Positions 51,547 through 64,000 of a stretch of DNA of 64,000 bases are shown here, one piece after another. Source of the stretch: Malacoraja senta (taxonomy: Eukaryota); contig JAXLNO010000496.1 in NCBI GenBank assembly GCA_038087875.1, positions 124,001-188,000 of the forward strand. The letters run 5' to 3'. The notes beneath the pieces were generated by a model. That model was not told the DNA's origin and made no database searches. It saw only the letters and a program-made list of their open reading frames with translations. Made by a program: the position numbers and the translations under genes. Position 1 is the stretch's first letter, and each line of letters opens with the position of its first letter.

Positions 51547-52694
51547 GTGTAAGAAGGAACTGCAGATGCGGGTTTAAACCGAAGATAAACACAAAAAGCT
51601 GGAGTAACTCAGCAGGACAGGCAGTATCTGGTCAGAGAAGAAGTGAGTGACGTTTTGGGTTCAGACGCTTCTTCAGACTGGTTAGGGATAAGGGAAACGA
51701 AACATATAGACGGTGATGTGGAGATAAAAGGCCCTCACTAGTGTCTCCATGGTACCCCGCAGCTCAACTCTTGCTTCCCCTCCCCCTAGTCGCAAGAGAG
51801 ACAGTCCCCCTAGTCCTTAGTTTCCACTCCATCAGCCGTCGCATTCAACAAATAATACTCCGAAATTGCCGCCACCTTCAACTGGAGACCACTCCTATCC
51901 ACATTTTCCCATCTCCACCCCTTTTCACCTTCCGCAGAGTTACCTCCTCACCTCCGTGGTTAACTGGTCCGTTCCCACCCAAACCACTCCCCCCACAGGT
52001 ACCTTCCCCTGCAACCGCAGAAGATGCAACACCTGTCCCTATACCCCCTCCCTCGACACTGTCCAGGGACCATGACAGTCTTTCCAGGTTAGACAGAGGT
52101 TCACTTGTACTTCCTCCAACCTCATCTACTCATTCCGTTGTTCAAGATGTGGATTCTTATACATCGGCAGGCGAGACCAAACACAGACTGGGCGATCGTT
52201 TCGCGGAACACCGTCACTCAGACCACGTGAACCAACCTGATCTCCCAGTTGCTGGACACTTTAATTCTCCTTCCCATTCCCACACAGACCTTTCTGTCCT
52301 CGGTCTCCTCCATTGTCAGAGTGATGCCAAATTGGAGGGACAGCATCTCATATTTCTCTTGGGCAGCTTACAGCCCAGTGGTATGAATATTGATTTATCT
52401 CACTTCAGGCAGCCCCGGCATTCCCTCTCTCTCTATCCCTCGCCCAACAAAGTCGCACCAGCTTCTGATTTTCACCCAACAAACAGCTAAAAATGACCTG
52501 TTTCCTTTATCATCGTCACGTTTTAGCATTCATCTTTCATTCATTGTTCTTTATCTCTCCACATCACCGACTATATCTGTCGTTTCCCTTTCCCCTAACT
52601 AGTCCGAAGAAGGGTCTTGGCACGCAATGTCACCCATTCCTTCTCTCCAGAGATGCCGCCTGTCCCGCTGAGTTACTCCAGTTTTGTGTGTCTA
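51547..52694 (+). mobile_element. Penelope-like element with inverted 5' terminal repeat and intact 3' terminus
   Basis: GTFPCNRRRCNTCPYT and GIY-YIG remnant; ~51547-51724 is the reverse complement of ~52556-52694. Confidence 0.9.
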
Positions 52695-53552
52695 ACTACC
52701 CGACCTCAAACGTCACGTGTTCTCTACAGATGCTGCCTGACCGGCTATGTTACTCCATTATTTTGTGTCTGTCTTTTGTTTAGTCCAGTGCCTGCAGTCA
52801 AGAGACAACAGACAATAGGTGCAGGAATAGGCCAATCGGCCCTTCGAGCCAGCACCGCCATTCAATGTGATCATGGCTGATCATCCCCAATCAGTACCCC
52901 GTTCCTGCCTTCTCCCCATATCCCCTGACTTAAGAGATCTGCTATTGAGTCCTTTGTTATTACAGTTTTATTCAGATATGGTACGATCTGTGTGGACAAC
53001 ACGCAAACCGAAATGTTTCATTCGTGCGGTATACGTGCAAGAATAATCCTGTACTGAGTTTGGGAGGCGTGTATGGAGAAAGGAGCATAGTCACCACTTC
53101 AGGTGGGACACCCTTCCACCCAACAGTCGCACAAGTTTCTGTCTCCAGTTATATTTCAGATTGGCAGCATCTGAGTTTTGTTTAATTTGTCCCGGGCGCT
53201 TGACACCGCCCACACGCTGATGATGCTAACCCAGCACAGGCCACAAGGCGCAGCCCGTGGACATTCTCCGGATGGGCGGTAGATCTCTTCTGACTTGTTG
53301 AAGTGCGGCAGCGGATTATGTCTGGGGGTTGGGGCAGCAGGGAGACGGACCTTGCCCTCCGGGGAGGGGTGATGGGAGAGGGGGCTCTGAGTGCAGGGTG
53401 TGTGGAGACTGCAGATTACAATCGGTGAGTATCTTTCCACCGATTCCGAGTGGACGGGGTCTGATCTTGGGGAGTGACTGCGGTGAAATCTCCCCCATAG
53501 GCTGACGCTCTCCGGGCCGGCACCGATCCTGCTGGGTCGGGGCCGTGTGACG

Positions 53553-56500
53553 GGACCAGCATTCTGGCAGGCAGGTTTGCCACTGCTACACGGGTGGTTT
53601 TAAACTGAATAAGGGGGTGGGGTGTCAAATAGGATAGTCGAGGACGGAGTTAAAGGGAAAGAGAGTAAAGGGATGGTTAATAACCCCAGAATTAACGGGA
53701 TAGGAAGCTCGCAAAGGGATAGGAGAGTATGGTCAAGTGTAATAGGGATCGATGTGAAAGGTGAGATGCGTAAGGAATTAGAAGTATTGTATATGAATGC
53801 GCGAAGTATAAGAAGTAAAGTAGATGAGCTTGAGGCTCAGTTAGAGGTTGGTAGATATGACATTGTGGGGATTACTGAGACGTGGCTGCAGGAGGATCAG
53901 GCCTGGAAACTTAATATTCAGGGTTATACATCCTATAGAAAGGACAGGCAGGTGGGCAGAGGAGGGGGGGGGTGGTAGCTCTGCTGGTGAGGAATGGAAT
54001 TCAGTCCCTTGCGAGGGAAGACATAGGGACTGACGAGGTAGAGTCACTGTGGATTGAGTTGAGGAATTGTAAAGGCAAGAAGACACTAATTGGTGTTATG
54101 TACAGACCCTCAAATAATAGCCCGGATGTAGGGTGTAAGTTGCAGCAGGAGGTAAAACTGGCATGTAACAAAGGTAATGCCACTGTGGTGATGGGATATT
54201 TCAATATGCAGGTAGACTGGGAAAATCAGGTTGGTTCCGGACCCCAAGAAAGAGAGTTTGTAGAATGCCTCCGAGATGGATTCTTAGAGCAGCTTGTAAT
54301 GGAGCCGACCAGAGAAAAGGCAATTCTGGATTTAGTGTTGTCCAATGAACCAGATATGATAAGAGAACTCGAGGTAAAGGAACCGCTTGGAGGTAGTGAT
54401 CATAATATGATTCGTTTTAATCTGCAATTTAAGAAGGAGAACGTTAAATCGGAGGTGGCAGTGATGCAGTTGAACAAAGGGGACTATGAAGGCATGAGAC
54501 GGGAGCTGGCCAAAGTAGACGGGAAAGGTATCCTAGCAGGAATGATGGTGGAACAGCAATGGCAGGAATTTCTGGGCATAATCCGGAAGACGCAGGATCA
54601 TTTCATTACAAAAAGGAAGAAAGATTCTAAGGGGAGTAGGAGGCAACCGTGGCTGACAAGAGAAGTTAGGGATAGAATAAAACTAAAAGAAAAGATGTAT
54701 AACACAGCAAAGAGTAGCCGGAAGCCAGAGGATTGGGAAACTTTCATAGGACAACAGAAGGAAACAAAACGGGCAATACGGGCTGAAAAGATGAAGTATG
54801 AGGGGAAGCTGGCCAGGAATATAAAGAAGGACAGTAAAAGCTTATTTAGATATGTTAAGGGAAAAAGAGTAGCAAAGTCAAATGTGGGTCCCTTGAAGGC
54901 AGACACGGGTGAAATTATTATGGGCAACAAGGATATGGCAGAAGAGTTGAATAGGTACTTCGGATCTGTCTTCACTAAGGAAGACACAAACAATCTCACA
55001 TATGTACTGGAGGACAGAGGATCTAAGGGGGTAGAGGAACTGAAAGAGATTTTCATTAGGCGAGAAATAGTATTGGGTAGGCTAATGGGACTGAAGGATG
55101 ATAAATCCCCTGGGCCTTATGGTCTGCATCCCAGGGTCCTCAGGGAAGTGGCTATAGAAATAGTGGACGCATTGGTGATCATTTTCCAATATTCAATAGA
55201 TTCAGGATCAGTTCCTGTGGATTGGAGGATAGCTAATGTTATCCCACTTTTCAAGAAAGGAGCGAGAGAGAAAACGGGGAATTACAGACCAGTTAGCCTG
55301 ACTTCGGTGGTGGGAAAGATGCTGGAGTCAATTATTAAAGATGTAATAATGGGGCATTTGGATAGCAGTAAAAGGATTAGTCCAAGTCAACATGGATTTA
55401 TGAAAGGGAAATTATGATTGACTAATCTTCTGGAATTTTTTGATGTGACAAGTAAAATGGATGAAGGGGTGCCAGTATCTAGACTTTCAGAAAGCCTTTG
55501 ATAAGGTCCCGCACGGCACTAAAATCAGAGCACATGGTATTGGGGGTAGGGTGTTCACATGGATAGAAAATTGGTTGACAGATCGGAAGCAAAGAGTAGG
55601 AGGGAACGGGTCCTTTTCAGAATGGCAGGCAGTGGCGAGTGGAGTGCCGCAAGGCTCGGTGTTGGGGCCGCAACTGTTTACCATATATATTAATGATTTG
55701 GAAGAGGGAATTAGGAGCAACACTAGCAAGTTTGCGGATGACACAAAGCTGGGTGGCAGTGTGAACTGTGAAGAGGATGTCAGGAGGTTGCAGGGTGACC
55801 TGGACAGGTTGAGTGAGTGGGCAGATGCGTGGCAGATGCAGTATAATATAGATAAATGTGAGGTTGTCCACTTTGGCGGCAAAAACAAGGGAGCAGATTA
55901 TTATCTCAATCGGGTTAGGTTAGGTAAGGAGGTACAGCGAGACCTGGGTGTCCTTGTACACCGGTCACTGAAAGTTTGCTTACAGGTACAGCAGGCAGTG
56001 AAGAAAGCTAATGGAATGTTGGCCTTCATAACAAGAGGATTTCAGTATAGAAGTAAAGAGGTTCTTCTGCAGTTGTATGGGGCTCTGGTGAGACCACATC
56101 TGGAGTATTGTGTACAGTTTTGGTCTCCTAATTTGAGGAAGGACATCCTTGTGATTGAGGCAGTGCAGCGTAGGTTCACGAGATTGATCCCTGGGATGGC
56201 GGGACTGTCATACGAGGAAAGATTGAAAAGACTGGGCTTGTATTCACTGGAGTTTAGAAGGATGAGGGGGGATCGTATAGAAACATATAAAATTATAAAA
56301 GGACTGGACAAGCTAGATGCTGGAAAAATGTTCCCAATGTTGGGCGAGTCCAGAACCAGGGGCCACAGTCTTAGAATAAAGGGGAGGTCATTTAAGACTG
56401 AGGTGAGAAAAAACTTTTTCGCCCAGAGAGTTGTGAATTTATGGAATTCCCTGCCACAGAGGGCAGTGGAGGCCAAACCACTGGATGGATTTAAGAGAGT

Positions 56501-56666
56501 TAGATAGAGCTCTGGGGGCTAGTGGAGTCAAGGTATATGGGGAGAAGGCAGGCACGGGTTATTGATACAGGACGATCAGCCATGATCACAATGAATGGCG
56601 GTGCTGGCTCGAAGGGCCGAATGGCCTCCTCTTGCATCTATTTTCTTTGTTTATATGTTTCTATGT
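53553..56666 (+). mobile_element. CR1 LINE: end of ORF1, disrupted full-length ORF2, 3' UTR
   Basis: ILAGRFATATRVVLN*; YMNARSI...; frameshift at poly-G ~53963-53972; stop at 55415; FADD; CTATGTT-type tail. Confidence 0.96.
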
Positions 56667-57089
56667 TCACACCAGGCCACTTGACGTTGAGGACCCGGTG
56701 AAGTTTTCCTGGCAGCGGTGCGATGGTGGCGCCGGGACCAGATCCACCCAGCACGTTATCGTTGGGGGTTTATTTCTCCATCACCATGTCCGCATCCGAA
56801 CCCCCGCGTGGATGGATGCCCTTTGCCAATGCCGTTGTCATTATTCCACGATGCACAAAGTGACCCATCGCCTCATTCCACACGGTTCCATCGTACATAC
56901 TATCTCGTCCATTCTGACAAGGCATTGAGTTACAGAGCTGATCCACATTCTCGGGAGCGGGAATCTTGACCTCATCCATTCTACCGATGGCAGAATTATA
57001 AACTGTGCTTTCTGCAATGTCACCATTCTGCAACAAGAAATATGGCGATTCTGTTCACTTAAACTGAAAAACTAATGAACATTTCCTGC

Positions 57090-57420
57090 CCAAATTACCC
57101 CCTCTGCAGGCACTTTCCCCTACAACCGCGGGCGTTGTAACGCCTGCCGTTATACGCCCTCTCTCACTTTCATCCAGGGACCCCAGCAGTTCTTCCAAGT
57201 AAAATAAATATTGATGTGCACCTTCTCTACCCTCATCAACAGCATCTGGTGTTCCCGATGTGACATCCTGTACATTGTCGAGACGAAGCGTAGACCCAGC
57301 GAGAGTTACTTGCACTCGGTCCGCCAAGGCATATGTTGAGCTTTGTACCTTTTTGTCGCCGGAGTACTCCATTCCCACTTCCGCATGCAAAATTAAGGAA
57401 CAGCCGCTTTCTTCCAACTC
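57090..57420 (+). mobile_element. Degenerate Penelope GIY-YIG fragment
   Basis: GTFPYNRGRCNACRYT...CSRCDILYIVETKR. Confidence 0.7.
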
Positions 57421-57564
57421 TCCCGTGTGGCCCATCTGCGCTCTCTTTTAATATTTCCATCTAGCTCCCCCCACCTCCCGCTACTCTCCTCCCTCCGGGT
57501 TCACAATCCGCTAATCTTCAAACCTACCTCACACCTACTGTTCTTATTTCTTGCCTTTCTGATG

Positions 57565-59012
57565 TACGAAGGGGAAATCATGCTTGACTAATCTTCTGGA
57601 ATTTTTTGAGGATGTAACTAGGAAAATGGATAAGGGAGAGCCAGTGGATGTAGTGTTACTGGACTTTCAGAAAGCATTTGATAAGGTCCCACATAGGAGA
57701 TTAGTGGGCAAAATTAAAGCACATGCTATTGAGGGTAGAGTGTTGACATGGATAGAAAATTGGTTGGCAGACAGGAAACAAAGACAATAGACAATAGGTG
57801 CAGGAGTAGGCCATTCGACCCTTCTAGCCAGCACCGCCATTCAATCTGATCATGGCTGATCATCCCCAATCAGTACCCTGTTCCTGCCTTTTCCCCCATA
57901 TCCCCTGACTGCTATTTTTTAAGAGCCCTATCTAGCTCTCTCTTGAAAGCATTCAGAGAGTAGGGATTAACAGGTCCCTTTCAGAATGGCAGGCAGTGAC
58001 TAGTGAGGTAACACAAGGCTCGGTGCTAGGACCGCAGCTATTTACAATATACATCAATGATTTGGATGAAGGGATTCAAAGTGACATTAGCAAATTTGCA
58101 GATAACACAAAGCTGGGTGGCAGTGTGAACTGTGAGGAGGATGCTATGAGAATGCAGGGTGACTTGGACAGGTTGGGTGAGTGGGCAGATGCATGGCAGA
58201 TGCAGTTTAATATGGATAAATGTGAGGTTATCCACTTTGGTGGCAAAAACAGGAAGGCAGATTATTATCTAAATGGTATCAAGATGGGAAAAGGGGAAGT
58301 ACAATTGAGTCTGGGGGTCCTTGTTCATCAGTCAATGAAAGTAAGCATGCAGGTACAGCAGGCAGTGAAGAAAGCGAATGGCATGCTGGCCTTCATAACA
58401 AGAGTTGAGTATAGGATCAAAGAAGTCCTTCTGTAGTTGTACAGGGCCCTAATGAGACCACACCTGGAGTGTTGTGTGCAGTTTTGGTCTCCAAATTTGA
58501 GGAAGGACATTCTTGCTATTGAGGAAGTGCAGCGTAGGTTCACCAGATTAATTCCCGCGATGGCGGGACTGTCATATGTTGATAGAATGGAGCGGTTGGG
58601 CTTGTATACTCTGGAATATAGAAGGATGAGAGGGGATCTTATTGAAACGTATAAGATTGTTAAGGGTTTGGTCAGGATAGAGGCAGGAAACACGTTCCCG
58701 ATGTTGGGGAAGTCCAGACCCAGGGGCCACAGTTTAAGAATAAGTAGTAAGCCATTTAGAACGGAGATGAGGAAACACTTTTTCACAGAGATTTGTTAGT
58801 GTGGAATTCTCTGCTTTAGCAGGCGGTGGAGGCCGGTTCTCTGGATACTTTCAAGAGAGAGCTAGATAGAGCTCTTAAAGATAGCAGAGTTAGGGGATGT
58901 GGGGAGAAGGCAGGAACGGGTTACTGATCAGCCATGATCACATTGAATAGCGGTCCTGCCTCGAACGGCCGAATGGTCTACTCCTGCACCTATTGTCTAT
59001 TGTCTATTGTCT
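57565..59012 (+). mobile_element. 5'-truncated CR1 with a nested antisense CR1 3' end at ~57782-57955
   Basis: RT motifs resume after the insert (KQ|RVGI); (CTATTGT)n tail. Confidence 0.93.
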
Positions 59013-59344
59013 AAAACCCATTTCTCCAGTGTCCATCCAGCCGTTGCGCTTTGTTCTGCCTCTCCCTTTCACTAGCTTTCCTCTTCCCCCTATAATTAGT
59101 CTGAAAGAGGGTCTCCATCCGAAACGTCACCTCTCCATGTTCTCCAGAGACGTTGCCTGACCTGCTGTTGTACTCCAGCATTTTGTGCTGTTAACAGTTT
59201 TCAAGCATTTCCGCATTCTAAATTCATCCAATACAGGACATGTGGCAACCATGTTCTTTGAGAGTGAGTTCAAAGTTGTCCCAAACGGCGGTATATTTGC
59301 AAGCCGGGATGGTCTGTGATCAGAAATGAACATAGTCATCACAT

Positions 59345-62300
59345 AGATTTAAAACATGCTGATGCTGTTAAATCATAATAGTCCCATCTTTCAACCGGAT
59401 GGAACCTATAAACAGAACGTAAAATGAGATTGAGAAATACCCTGGTCTGGCAACGGGTTATTATCAAATGTTTGGAAATTCGTTCTTTTGACGATGCTTC
59501 AGCCGTTAGGATGTGGCCCAGCGAGACATAATTAACCGTTGCTGCTGCTGTTGTAGCAGCCCTGGTAGAGTGAGATCTGGAATCAATATCTACTCCTGCA
59601 TAACTCAACTCCGTTTTATCACCTGGAAATGGTCTGAACTGATACGTTCTTATAACGTTTTTTGTAACTAACAATCATAGCTAGCTAAGAGCCTCAAAGG
59701 CTCTTGGTGACCTTGACGTATTGTTGTATATGTGAGCCCTCACATAACTAAAGGTCCCTGGATATGTCTTGACCTATTTTGAGACCTGACACCCCTTCTG
59801 CTCTGCTTAAGTAAATTATAAACATAAAATACTATACATATTATTTACAGATGTAATCATCCTGTCCCGTCGCAATTATGTAGCGACTGACCTGTTGCGC
59901 TAAACTAGCGCCAGGAGGATAACTACCTAATGAGATCCGCCAAAGCTAAGAATGTAGCTAGAAACCCCCTGGTGAAAATAGTGTTAACACAATGTCAACA
60001 TCCCATACTGCATTGTACTTGTCCTGGGAAAACTTGTGTTAAGGATATCCTTTACTAACTCGATATCCGGGGTGAACTCAACAATGTGGATCTCGTTTGC
60101 TGCAGCAAATCTGATGGAAAGCACCTTGGCACCGTTAATGACCCTATAACTCAATATTGTCAAAGACCATTAAAAATGAACTCCAAGAGCTCCGAAATCT
60201 GTACCATTTTAAATGTAACATGAGCATTAAACAAACACTTCCCATCTCCTGAAGAAGCAAAATACTGCTTTTTGGTACTATCCCAGCAGTCTGAATACAT
60301 ACAAGAATAGGGGTGACAACCCAAGCCGTAGGCAGTCTATTGAGAATCTGTAGAACATAAATTGATTTTATCATGCAACGGCTGATTTCCCGAGCCACAG
60401 GCTGAACCAGCAAGTTACGTTTAAAATAACCATATAAGGTTGCATTATTATTATTCCCGACAAATCGGGAATTAAACTGCATTGGCCAATCGCACAGCTG
60501 GAACCAAAAGCGGGCTCTTGATGTCTTTATTTGAAGACCCGACTCATGAAGCAAAATGGAGGAAGACATAAAAGACCATTCCTCCTGCTTGTAGCGAGAA
60601 TGTATCTTTCGCCACTGTTATGCCACACATTTTTGCAACCTGTGAATTAGCATGAAAACAACATATGTATGTTCAGTGTTGCATTGAATCAGAATTTCAT
60701 AAATACGGTGTGGTCTGACACCCATTCTGTGTTGTCATTGATCAGTACTTGATGATACTCCAGTGGCAAATGAGATTATGTACCTATTACAGGATTATTT
60801 TACTTGATTGCTCCCCCGTGATTATTATTTTGCACAATCATAGTGTATCAACATGAAGTTGAGCATGCAGATATGCATATTCGCTCAATCACTCTTTAAC
60901 CCATAAAATGCACGTAGGTCTATAGATAGTTGATACCAATAACTGCAGAGCTAATAACTCATGCAAATCTCCTTCACCTCCAACTAGAGATGACATTCGC
61001 AATTTCCCACCTTAGGCAATTAGCATCATTTTGCAATATGACATATATATATTGATCAACTGGAGCAATGCTGACTACTGTTTGTCCATCATAGTGACTT
61101 TAGTAGCTTCAGCTGGTAATAGCAAAGGTATGTTATCAATGATCTGCATGGCCCTTAATAGTTTGCCATTAAGCATGCTGTCAGTTCTCCCACTTGCACA
61201 GCTGCATCACATCTATTACATTGCCAATTAGTCTAATGAATAGAAAGCTGCTTATAACAACAAGGCTGTTCCAGGTTTCTATTCACTCCAATCTGTTGCC
61301 CAGAGCGGAGTCACAGGACAACTAATAGCCAAAGGCAAACCCCAATGACCAACTAGTCCATTTGATAACAACTTCATTTTAACTGGATAGAGGAGCCCAA
61401 TTTCTCAAATATAGTTTGAGACTGAAACAGTGGATTTTAGTAAAATACAGCATTAAAATATCATCCAGTCAATACATAACGAGTGTTTTTAAACTCTAAG
61501 AAGTCCTCTTTGAATGATTTATTGTCATCATACTGTTATATTGCCTCATCATAGCAATGCCTCCAAATATCTCCGATGATCACTGTAAATGGGAACAGCC
61601 TATGACATCAGTTGTTAATCAGCCATCTTTCATAATGAACAGGCCACTCCTGCCATAATTTCATGTCTGCCCTGAATGGCAACTCTGGCCCGATTCCCGA
61701 GCCTGTCCCATAATTCTGAGCATGACTCAAAAGACAATTCTTGTCATATTTCCGAGCCTGTCTTGAAGGCAATCCTGGCTAAAATACTGAGCCTACCTCA
61801 ACACAATTCTGGCCCAATTCCAACCTGCTTGGAATGCTAGTAATGTCCAGTTTTACATGGTTAAATGCCTCCGAGTAGATGACAATGTCTTAATCATTTG
61901 TGTATTGGACAACCAAGTGTAAATTTTAACCATTTGTAAGTGGTACCTTAGTTGTAGAGTAGAACTGGTAGAGTGCGTGGACGCTCTGGCCAACTTTGAT
62001 GCTGCCACCAGCTTCAGTGAACCGCTTACTGCCCATGAAGACGTGAGGTGCATTGTCACCGAAACTATGAAGCCTTGCTCGTCGTTGGCTTTAATTGGTC
62101 CAACAGCTTGTGCTTTGTCCTCCAGGTTTTGCCTGTTGAATAGGTCTTCCCTGAATAGAAGATTCGGCAGCTGGCTCTAACGCCTCTGATAGCGGTGTTC
62201 GCTGCATTGTGTTGGGATGGCAACCTTGCTGCTAGGAATGGTACCTCTGACACGTGCCCTTCGTCCCTTGGGGTATGCTCCACGGCTAAACCCTCAGACT

Positions 62301-62600
62301 CCGCGTCAGATTTACACTGACCCGGCATGTTGTCCTCCTCCATAAGGGAGACATTAAGCAGCCCTGTTACAAGGTGCTGCTGGCTCGGCCTCTGCAATAG
62401 GCCCACCCTTCAGGGTCAGAACAAAACTGCCCCAGTAAGCTCACCTCCTCCATTGAGGGAGACATTATGCAGCCCTACTACGGGTGCTGCTGCCATACAT
62501 TAAGCAGCCCTGTTACAAGGTGCTGCTGGCGCGGCCTCTCCCATAGGCCGGCACTGCCGCAGACTCGGTATCCCCATTAAGCAGCCCTGTCCAACGCCTG
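59345..62600 (-). mobile_element. Highly decayed DIRS-like (tyrosine recombinase) retrotransposon
   Basis: YAGVDI..HSTRAATTAA...LGHIL and ILLALV recombinase motifs at 59345-59930; NDNTEW- and DWPxQ-like remnants upstream; outer boundary uncertain. Confidence 0.62.
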
Positions 62601-63039
62601 CTGTTGGAGTGTATCTAGATGGAGCTCCCTTCTGGCCAACCTCCAAATCTTCTTATTACCGGAAGGGAACCCTCCCGGCACCAGGGTTGACCATTTTGGT
62701 CCATTTACCCCATATCCTGGGGACCACTGCGGTCTGGGTACCTCATTGCTGCTGAATTTCCCCTCCCCGCGAATCCCAGCGTCTGAGAGCCGTTGGAGAG
62801 GTCGCAGAGGGAGGAGCTACACCCGAGCGGTAGGAGTTAAAGAGGAGCGCGGGGCTTGTTCCTTAAAAAGGAACCCAAATCTGCAACGTTCCAAGTTCCA
62901 CTTCAAAAACAAGTGGGTTTGAGGAAGCCGCTGATTGGTGGAAGCAGACAAGAGGGAGCAGCTGATTGGGAGTCAGATCCCTGCTGATTGTACTGTATTG
63001 TAGCAGTTTGTTTTGTATTATATCCAGGGTAAGGGGGGT

Positions 63040-64000
63040 ATGAGGGCCAGGGCAGTTTACTGTTCTGGATGTCAGATGTATTGTATCCAGGGTAAGGGGA
63101 GTATGAGGGCCAGGGCAGTTTACTGTTCTGGATGTCAGATGTATTGTATCCAGTGTAAGGGGAGTATGAGGGCCAGGGCAGTTTACTGTTCTGGATGTCA
63201 GATGTATTGTATCCAGGGTAAGGGGAGTATGAGGGCCAGGGCAGTTTGCTGTTCTGGATGTCAGATGTGGGAAGTCATGGAGTCTGATAGCCCTCCAGAC
63301 GTCCACATCTGCGCCAGGTGTATTGAGATGGGGCTCCTAATGGACCGTATTAGGAACCTGGAGCAGCAGCTCGATGACCTCCGTCTGGTCAGGGAGAGCG
63401 AGGAAGTCATTGAGAGGAGTTACAGGGATGTGGTCACTCCAACACCACAGGAGGCAGGCAAGTGGATCACGGTTGGGAGAGGCAAGGGGCACAGGCAGGG
63501 ACTAGAGAGTACCCCGGTGGCTGTACACCTTGACAATAAGTACTCCTGTTTGAGCACTGTTGGGGTGGACAGCCTACCTGGGGGTAGCGATAGCGGCCGG
63601 GCCTCCGGTATAGAGACCGGCCCTGTTGCTCAGAAGGGTAAGGAAAAGAAGAGGTGGGCAATACTAATAGGGGACTCTATAGTTAGGTGGTCAGACAGGC
63701 GATTCTGTGGACGCAGTCGGGAGACCCGGATGGTAGTTTGCCTCCCTGGTGCCAGGGTCTGTGATGTGTCTCAACGTGTCCAAGATATCCTGAAAGGGCA
63801 GGGAGAGGAGCCCGAGGTCGTGGTACATATAGGTACCAATGACATAGGTAAAAAAAGAGAAGAGGTCCTGAAAGGAGAATTTAGGGAGTTAGGAGGGGAG
63901 TTAAAGAGAAGGACAGCAAAGGTAACAATCTCGGGATTACTGCATGTGCCACGCGACAGTGAGAGTAGGAATGGAGCGAGGTGGAGGATAAATGCGTGGC
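63040..64000 (+). CDS. CR1 ORF1 (zinc finger/leucine zipper + SGNH esterase), open to the window edge
   Basis: CSGC...CARC, LEQQLDDL, LIGDSIVR, CLPGARV, HIGTND; no stop from the ATG at 63040 to 64000. Confidence 0.93.
   Translation, partial: MRARAVYCSGCQMYCIQGKGSMRARAVYCSGCQMYCIQCKGSMRARAVYCSGCQMYCIQGKGSMRARAVCCSGCQMWEVMESDSPPDVHICARCIEMGLLMDRIRNLEQQLDDLRLVRESEEVIERSYRDVVTPTPQEAGKWITVGRGKGHRQGLESTPVAVHLDNKYSCLSTVGVDSLPGGSDSGRASGIETGPVAQKGKEKKRWAILIGDSIVRWSDRRFCGRSRETRMVVCLPGARVCDVSQRVQDILKGQGEEPEVVVHIGTNDIGKKREEVLKGEFRELGGELKRRTAKVTISGLLHVPRDSESRNGARWRINAW

Larger units (their letters stand above)
25011..52591. repeat. Tandem segmental duplication: copy A 25011-~36165, copy B ~36160-52591
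   Basis: Paired ORFs (27702/44114, 28388/44799, 32469/48888, 33592/50007); chimeric junction at 36160-36170. Confidence 0.95.

Overview
Repeat-dense vertebrate genomic DNA, most likely from a cartilaginous fish (skate/ray-like; inferred from the repeat families, not proven). The only host gene I can support is on the minus strand at ~8.5-21.5 kb. It is a chain of ribonuclease-inhibitor-type leucine-rich-repeat (LRR) exons with NLR-like architecture (88, 171, 171, 171 and 170 nt plus a terminal exon, nearly all phase 2-2), and the ORF track mostly misses it. Three exons carry 1-nt indels, and no NACHT exon is visible anywhere in the window. The rest is transposon-derived. One Helitron family is present as a complete non-autonomous copy (3695-5554) and a PIF1-helicase-bearing deleted copy (23265-27640). 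There are also several CR1 LINEs (one near-intact ORF2, one open ORF1 at the window end), an L1 with a target-site duplication, Rex1/Babar-like fragments, Penelope elements with hammerhead-like motifs, a palindromic MITE, a decayed DIRS element, SINEs and many simple repeats. Two tandem duplications shape the window: ~2.4 kb (206-5029) and ~11 kb (25011-52591; the second copy gained L1 and CR1 insertions). The most interesting hypothesis, which is inference only, is that a TATA-Inr-splice-donor module in the Helitron 5' end could drive an LRR-only NLR transcript.
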